DNA from: Phycisphaera mikurensis NBRC 102666
Lineage (GTDB): Bacteria; Planctomycetota; Phycisphaerae; Phycisphaerales; Phycisphaeraceae
Direction of reading: 5' to 3'
Length of the DNA stretch: 32,000 bases
NCBI RefSeq assembly: GCF_000284115.1
Contig: NC_017080.1
Location: 60,001 to 92,000 of the forward strand
Positions 26,763 through 32,000 of the stretch are shown in pieces; positions within the stretch are counted from its first letter, which is position 1; every line of letters starts with the position of its first letter. The notes beneath the pieces were generated by a model. It saw only the letters and a list, made by a program, of their open reading frames with translations. It was not told the origin of the DNA and did not search any database. The position numbers and the translations under genes are program-made.

Positions 26763-27422
26763 TCAGGCGGCGGGGATCATGCCGCGATCGGTCAAGAGGG
26801 CGATCAGCCGCTCGACGGCCTCGGGCAGGGGCGTGGTGTCGGTGTCGAGGCGGAGGTCGGGGTTTCGCGGCTCCTCGTAGGGGTCGTCGATGCCGGTGAA
26901 GCCCTGGATCTCGCCGGCGCGGGCCTTCTTGTAGAGGCCCTTGGGGTCGCGGGCCTCGGCGACGGAGAGCGGGACGGCGACGTGCACCTCGGCGTAGGGC
27001 ACGCCCGCTCCGCGGTGGAGGGCCGCGACGCGGTCGCGGTCCCTCGCGTAGGGCGAGACGAAGCTGGCGAGGCAGACCAGGCCCGCCTCGGCCTGGAGCT
27101 TCGCGACCTCGCCGATGCGGCGGATGTTCTCGGCGCGGTCCTCGGCGGAGAAGCCCAGGTTCGAGCAGAGCCCCATGCGGACGTTGTCGCCGTCGAGCCG
27201 GGCGGCGTGCCGGCCGCGTGCGACCAGCGCCTTCTCCAGGGCGACGGCGACGGTGGACTTGCCCGAGCCCGAGAGCCCGGTGAACCAGACGGTGCCGCCC
27301 CGCTGCCCGAGGCTGGCCGCCCGCTCCTGGGCCGTCACCTCGCCGGCGTGGAAGGTGAGGTTCCCGCCGCCGCCGGTCTCCACGCCGGCGGCCGGGGCGT
27401 CGGGCTCGTGCTTGTCGCTCAT
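26763..27422 (-). CDS. cysC: adenylylsulfate (APS) kinase
   Basis: GGTVWFTGLSGSGKSTVAVALEKALVARGRHAARLDGDNVRMGLCSNLGFSAEDRAENIRRIGEVAKL...SPYARDRDRV...DPKGLYKKARAGEIQGFTGIDDPYEEP. Confidence 0.97.
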   Translation of the reverse strand: MSDKHEPDAPAAGVETGGGGNLTFHAGEVTAQERAASLGQRGGTVWFTGLSGSGKSTVAVALEKALVARGRHAARLDGDNVRMGLCSNLGFSAEDRAENIRRIGEVAKLQAEAGLVCLASFVSPYARDRDRVAALHRGAGVPYAEVHVAVPLSVAEARDPKGLYKKARAGEIQGFTGIDDPYEEPRNPDLRLDTDTTPLPEAVERLIALLTDRGMIPAA

Positions 27423-27482
27423 GGGGCCGTTGTCGGCGATCCGATGCGGTTTGGCAACCCGGCGGCCCGTTGCCGCTTATCA

Positions 27483-28058
27483 ATGCCGTGGCCGTGCCCG
27501 CTCCCGATCGAGGCAAAAATGCTCAAGCTCCTGCCCGAACCGCTGTCCGAACCGCTCGCTCCCGTGTTCGACGCGTTGCCGCTGGGCCGGGCGCTGCGGG
27601 AGCTGGTGGTGCGGGCACCGCTGGGCGGAGCGCCGCACGCGGCCGTCGCGGCGGCCGTGGGCGACCCCGCCGTGGCGGATCGTCCCGAGCTCGCGGCGGC
27701 GCTGTGGCTGTACGTGGACGACCTCGACCGGGCCCACGACCTGGTGCAGGCCCTGCACACGCCGACCGGCTCGCTCCTCCACGCGATCCTGCACCGGCGG
27801 GAGGGCGACTTCCCCAACGCGCTGTACTGGTACCGCAAGGCGGGCCACCACCCCGCCTTCGCACGCATCGACCTCACCGGCGGCGGCGCGGGCTCGGGGA
27901 CGGCGGTCGCCCGCTACGAGGCCGGCCGCTTCGTCGAGCAGGTGCAGCACGCGGTGGAGACGAAGAACCCGGAGAACCCGGCGCTGGTCAGCCAGCAGAA
28001 CAAGGAGTGGGTGGCGCTGTTCGGGTGGCTGATCGAGAACCCGTCGCCGACGGAGTGA
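27483..28058 (+). CDS. conserved hypothetical protein (alternative start 27519)
   Basis: MLKLLPEPLSEPLAPVFDALPLGRALRELV...ALWLYVDDLDRAHDLVQALHTPTGSLLHAILHRREGDFPNALYWYRKAGHHPAF; acidic, globular composition against the high-GC background. Confidence 0.75.
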   Translation: MPWPCPLPIEAKMLKLLPEPLSEPLAPVFDALPLGRALRELVVRAPLGGAPHAAVAAAVGDPAVADRPELAAALWLYVDDLDRAHDLVQALHTPTGSLLHAILHRREGDFPNALYWYRKAGHHPAFARIDLTGGGAGSGTAVARYEAGRFVEQVQHAVETKNPENPALVSQQNKEWVALFGWLIENPSPTE

Positions 28059-28158
28059 CCGCACCCGGCCGGCCGGCCGGCGGGGCCGCGGCGTCGGCCG
28101 GGAGCAAAGCCCCGCGTTCGCCGGGCCCCTACGCTGCGTCGCCCCCCGGGGGACGCCC

Positions 28159-28232
28159 GACCGGGTAGCTCAATTGGTTAGAGCATCGGCCTTTTAAGCC
28201 GCTGGTTCTGGGTTCGAGTCCCAGCCTGGTCA
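28159..28232 (+). tRNA. tRNA-Lys(TTT)
   Basis: 74-nt cloverleaf GACCGGG-TA-GCTC-AATTGGTTA-GAGC-A-TCGGC-CTTTTAA-GCCGC-TGGTT-CTGGG-TTCGAGT-CCCAG-CCTGGTC-A; anticodon TTT; 3' CCA not encoded. Confidence 0.95.
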
Positions 28233-28922
28233 ATCCGAAGCGGGGCCCGCGTCCAGCGCGACGGCGAGCAGGTTGACGAGCAGCGCCTCGGCGGCGCGGA
28301 CCTCGTTGCCGCCGCAGCAGCAGCACGGGCCCTCGACGCCGAGGGTGTCGTTGAGCCCCTCGGGGCTCCACACGAACCCGAGGCGGCCGGCCGGGCCCTC
28401 GGCCCCGCGCAGCTCGGGCAGGCGCGGCGGGCCCTTCGCGTAGGCGGAGGTCTCGACGGTGAAGACGCGCCGGAAGGCCGGGCTCGCGGCGGGCAGCCGC
28501 GGCAGCGGGAGCGTCACGCCGGGGAGCAGGGTCGGCAGGGCCGCCTCCAGCGAGGCCGTCCAGGCCGGGTCCGAGCAGCCGCTCGAGGCGATCAGCAGGC
28601 CGCTCTCGGCGACGAAGCGGCGGAGCGCTTCGGCCTCGCCCTCCCGGAAGGTGAAGGGGCCCTCGCCGGTGAGGATCGCGACCGGGTGCCGGGCGGCGGC
28701 GAGGTCCGCGGCCCGGACCCGCTCCATCGCCGGGGCGACCGCCGCGTCGGTCGCGGCGTTGAAGCCCGCGAGGAAGCGGTCGGAGAAGCACTCGCCGGAC
28801 TTGCCGCCGCCGTACGCGAGCATCGCGACGGCGGGCGGCGGATCGCCGGCGGCCGCGTCCGCGGCCGCGGCGGCGGCGAGGCCCGGGAGCAGGGCGAGCA
28901 GGAGGACCGGAACGAGCTTCAT
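28230..28922 (-). CDS. DUF4159-like exported protein with CCCC motif
   Basis: Signal peptide MKLVPVLLLALLPGLAAAAAA; AVAMLAYGGGKSGECF...HPVAILTGEGPFTFREGEAEALRRFVAESGLLIAS...GPCCCCGGNEVRAAEALLVNLLAVAL. Confidence 0.7.
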   Translation of the reverse strand: MKLVPVLLLALLPGLAAAAAADAAAGDPPPAVAMLAYGGGKSGECFSDRFLAGFNAATDAAVAPAMERVRAADLAAARHPVAILTGEGPFTFREGEAEALRRFVAESGLLIASSGCSDPAWTASLEAALPTLLPGVTLPLPRLPAASPAFRRVFTVETSAYAKGPPRLPELRGAEGPAGRLGFVWSPEGLNDTLGVEGPCCCCGGNEVRAAEALLVNLLAVALDAGPASD

Positions 28923-30217
28923 GGCGGGTCGGCGGCGGGGGCGGCGGGAGCGGGCGCACCGAAGAGCGCGTCGAGGTCGTCGGCTCCGTACAGGCGGCCG
29001 ACGGCGGTGCGGCCGCTGGCGGGATCGACCAGCACGGGAACGCGGTCGGCGATCCCGGCGGCACCGAGCGCCAGCCAGGCGCTGACGTTCTCGGACACCG
29101 CGGCCCGCGCGGCACCGCGGTCCGCGTCGGTCATCGCGGGGGCCAGCTCCGCGGCGAGGGCCTCCGCCTCGTCGGCGGACGGCGGGGCGTCGCCTCCGAA
29201 CGCCGCGGCGTCGTAGCGGGCGTAGGCGGCTTCGCCCCCGGAGAGGAAGACGGCGACGCCGAGCTCGGCGAGCGTGCAGCTGTCGTCGAAGCGGGCGGGC
29301 ATGGCGCCCCGGTTGATGCCGGGGTTGCACGCGGCGTTCAAGGGGACGGGCAGCACGAACACGCGGACCCCGCGGGCGAGCAGCAGGCCGTGGGCGACGC
29401 GGCAGTGTGGGCAGGCGTAATCGACGAGCACGACGGCCCGCTCGGTGGCGTCGGCCGGGCCGATGGCGGGAACCACGGCGGGATCGACCTCCAGCCGGCC
29501 GCCGAGCAGCCGAAGCGGGGCCGCGGGGTCCGTGGGGTCCTTGGCGTCTGCGGGCGCGGCGGCGGACGCGGCCCCTCCCGCCGCCGTGTTCGCCGCGGAA
29601 TCGGCGGCGGCGGGCGCCCCCGACGCGCCCGCCTCGCGGATCGTCGCCGCCGGCGGGTTCATCACCTGGATGGCCGCGAGCGCACCGGCCGCGGCGAGGC
29701 CCAGGAGCACGCCGCCGGCCTCGATCCGCCGGGCGTCGCGCAGGAAGGTGCCGGCCGCGGCGAGGCCGCCGAGGGCGTGGGCGGCCGTGCACCAGCGGCA
29801 GAACGCCCCGATCTCGAAGGCCTGCAGGTAGAGGAACCAGGCGGCGGCGCCCAGCACCGCCGCCGCCGCCGCCTGCCGCACGAGCGGCCGGGCCCGCAGC
29901 TGCCAGCCGGCCAGGCCGGCCACCGGCAGCGTGGCCGCGATCAGCAGGACGTGCGTGAAGAAGGCGAGCATCGCCGTCTTGAGCCCCAGCACGCGTGACC
30001 AGCGGCTGCCGAGCACCTCGGCGCAGCCGCTGCCCGGCCCGCACCCCGGGGCGACGGCCCCGGCCTCGCCCGTGCCGGAGGTCAGCACGAGCGCGACCGC
30101 CAGCGCCCCCGCCGAGCAGCCGATCACGGCGAAGGCGAGCCACCGGTCGCGGCCGGCGGCGGTGGAGTCGGCGTGATCCCGCCCGGCCTCGTCGGGGTCT
30201 TGGCCGAGCAGCTCCAT
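28919..30217 (-). CDS. vitamin K epoxide reductase (VKOR) domain fused to DsbA/thioredoxin-like domain
   Basis: GCGPGSGCAEVLGSRWS, FEIGAFCRWCTAAHALG (CxxC), then VVLVDYACPHCRVAHGLL (CPHC) and VPVLVDPASGRTAVGRL. Overlaps next gene ATGA-style. Confidence 0.88.
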   Translation of the reverse strand: MELLGQDPDEAGRDHADSTAAGRDRWLAFAVIGCSAGALAVALVLTSGTGEAGAVAPGCGPGSGCAEVLGSRWSRVLGLKTAMLAFFTHVLLIAATLPVAGLAGWQLRARPLVRQAAAAAVLGAAAWFLYLQAFEIGAFCRWCTAAHALGGLAAAGTFLRDARRIEAGGVLLGLAAAGALAAIQVMNPPAATIREAGASGAPAAADSAANTAAGGAASAAAPADAKDPTDPAAPLRLLGGRLEVDPAVVPAIGPADATERAVVLVDYACPHCRVAHGLLLARGVRVFVLPVPLNAACNPGINRGAMPARFDDSCTLAELGVAVFLSGGEAAYARYDAAAFGGDAPPSADEAEALAAELAPAMTDADRGAARAAVSENVSAWLALGAAGIADRVPVLVDPASGRTAVGRLYGADDLDALFGAPAPAAPAADPP

Positions 30218-30554
30218 GGCCGCAGAGCCTAGGGACGCCCCGCGGCGCGGGGAGGCTCCCGCGACGCTGCGCCCGGTCCTGCGGGATCAAGACGGCGCGA
30301 TCGGGGCGCGCCCTGAACTCGTACACGCGCCCCGGCGCCGCGGACGGCGGCGGTTTCCGGGCCGCCGGCGTCGCGGTCCGCGGCGGCGGCGCAGCGGTCT
30401 CGCGACCGGGAGCGGGCCGCTACATTCCGCCCGGCCGCCCCGGCGTCACGCCCGGGACGCGCGGCCCGCTCCGCCCGCCGTCCCCCACCCCGGCGGGCCC
30501 CGTCGGGCGGAGAGCCCCGGGTTCACGCATCCTCACCCGCCGGAGGCGAAGGTT

Positions 30555-31271
30555 TTGGCCGGACACAGCAAATGGGCCAACATCAAGCACCGCAAGGCCC
30601 GGCAGGACGCCAAGCGGAGCAAGATCTGGTCGAAGTGCTCCCGCGCGATCATCGTCGCCGCCAAGCACGGCGGCGGTGACCCCGACCAGAACCTCACCCT
30701 CCGCTACGCGGTGGACGAGGCGAAGGCGGCGAACATGCCCAAGGACACGATCGCCAAGGCGATCGAGAAGGGCGCCGGCGGCAGCGACGGCGACGACTAC
30801 GAGGAGGTCGTCTACGAGGGCTACGGCCCCGCGGGCGTGGCGGTGTACGTCGAGACGCTGACCGACAACCGAAACCGCACCGTGCCCGAGCTCCGCAAGA
30901 TGTTCGAGAAGTGCGGCGGGAACCTCGCCAGCGCCGGCTCGGTGGCCTTCACCTTCGAGCGGAAGGGCGAGCTGTTCGTCGACGGGGCCAAAGCCGACGA
31001 GGAGAAGATCATGGACGTCGTGCTCGAGGCCGGGGCCGAGGACGTGGAGGACGCCGACGGCGCGTGGCGGATCACCACGGCCGTGGAGGACTTCCACAGG
31101 GTGCGGGCGGCCCTGGAGGCGGCGGGCCTGACGCCCGACCAGGCGGGGCTGCCCATGCTGCCGCTGAACGTCGTGGAGCTCGACGGGGAGCAGGCGGAGA
31201 AGACGGAACGCTTCCTCGACGAGCTCGACGACCACGACGACGTGCAGAAGGTGTACGCGAACAACGCTTAG
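30555..31271 (+). CDS. YebC/PmpR-family protein, probable TTG start
   Basis: (M)AGHSKWANIKHRKARQDAKRSKIWSKCSRAIIVAAKHGGGDPDQNLTLRYAVDEAKAANMPKDTIAKAIEKGAGG... diagnostic of the family. Confidence 0.97.
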   Translation: MAGHSKWANIKHRKARQDAKRSKIWSKCSRAIIVAAKHGGGDPDQNLTLRYAVDEAKAANMPKDTIAKAIEKGAGGSDGDDYEEVVYEGYGPAGVAVYVETLTDNRNRTVPELRKMFEKCGGNLASAGSVAFTFERKGELFVDGAKADEEKIMDVVLEAGAEDVEDADGAWRITTAVEDFHRVRAALEAAGLTPDQAGLPMLPLNVVELDGEQAEKTERFLDELDDHDDVQKVYANNA

Positions 31272-31323
31272 GGCACGGTGCCCTGCACCGCGGGCCGCGC
31301 CGCGATCGTGGGCGTGGCGGCCG

Positions 31324-32000
31324 CTAGCCCGGGAACACGACGTAGCCGGCCGGCGTCTTCCCGGTGGCGAGGTGGTAGGCCGCGCCGACGGCGATCCAGC
31401 CCAGCGCCATCAGCAGCTCGGCGGCGATGACGCCGACGAGCAGGGGCTGCATCGAGCGGGCGGCGCGGGTGCCGCCGAGGCGGACGACGCAGAGCTTGAC
31501 GAGCCAGCCGACGAGGAAGCTCCACGCGAAGCGGCTCATCGGGGTGGTGCCCCACACCAGGAAGATCACCGGGTGCAGCGGCCAGCCCGGGATGCGCAGA
31601 CGCAGCAACGCACAAATCGAGAGCGCGGCGAAGCCGCCGAGGAACCACGACCACGCGGCGGGCCGCGGGTCGAGCAGGCCCAGGCGGGCGAGGCCGTCGG
31701 TGAAGACGGCTTCGGTGAGGCGGCCCTCGGCGGAGAGCGACGAGAGCGAACGGGTGAGCTGATCCCAGGGCTGCACCGGCATCCACAGCCGCGCCCAGCG
31801 GTCGGCCGCGTCGATGCCGGCGTTGTACTGCCAGAGGAAGGTCACCACGAGCGCCAGGACGAAGGTGGACGCGACGCTGAGGGCGAGCCAGGCCGCCAGC
31901 TTGCCGACGCCGCGGGAGCCGGCCGCGTCGCCGACCGCGGGGGCCCCAACGCCGACCCGCCCGGGGGCCGGGTCGCCCAGCCGGAGGGCGTGCAGCAGGA
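31324..32000 (-). CDS. C-terminal part of a polytopic membrane protein (DUF6784/6785-like), 5' end off the window
   Basis: The frame stays open from 31848 to the window edge. IPGWPLHPVIFLVWGTTPMSRFAWSFLVGWLVKLCVVRLGGTRAARSMQPLLVGVIAAELLMALGWI. Confidence 0.65.
   Translation of the reverse strand, partial: LLHALRLGDPAPGRVGVGAPAVGDAAGSRGVGKLAAWLALSVASTFVLALVVTFLWQYNAGIDAADRWARLWMPVQPWDQLTRSLSSLSAEGRLTEAVFTDGLARLGLLDPRPAAWSWFLGGFAALSICALLRLRIPGWPLHPVIFLVWGTTPMSRFAWSFLVGWLVKLCVVRLGGTRAARSMQPLLVGVIAAELLMALGWIAVGAAYHLATGKTPAGYVVFPG

Noticed and set aside
1-32000. Anti-phage defence system or retron/DGR
   Set aside because: No reverse transcriptase, restriction/modification, helicase-nuclease or Cas-like motifs seen; the TA/Fic material is mostly decayed and the main locus is exopolysaccharide biosynthesis.

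Overview
High-GC window, probably Planctomycetota/Phycisphaerae-like (my inference, not tested). About 2-21 kb is an exopolysaccharide biosynthesis and modification region. It holds a MOP flippase, sulfotransferase, O-antigen-ligase/Wzy-like protein, two GT4 and two GT2 glycosyltransferases, an MBOAT + SGNH O-acylation pair, two paralogous LbH acetyltransferases, a pyruvyltransferase, two secreted/anchored enzyme-like proteins of unclear family and two GT87-like membrane proteins. The left edge carries a partial REP-associated (Y1/HUH) transposase next to a three-unit, 107-bp-period array. Each unit has two inverted near-identical palindromes (BIME-like), and a solo copy lies at about 1.83-1.91 kb. 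At 21.2-24.1 kb there is a debris zone: an N-terminal GT2 fragment, one apparently intact AbrB/PIN toxin-antitoxin pair, a Phd-like antitoxin with an N-terminally deleted PIN toxin, and a Fic gene that has lost its catalytic core. About 24-32 kb looks like chromosomal backbone: UbiA-family prenyltransferase, a third GT87, CysC, tRNA-Lys, a DUF4159-like + VKOR/DsbA-like pair, and YebC. I found no CRISPR array and no clearly novel defence system. The best leads are the RAYT/BIME family, the decayed toxin/Fic zone at a composition boundary, and the tandem orphan enzyme-like pair in the EPS locus. All family calls are by eye from translated sequence; no database search was run.
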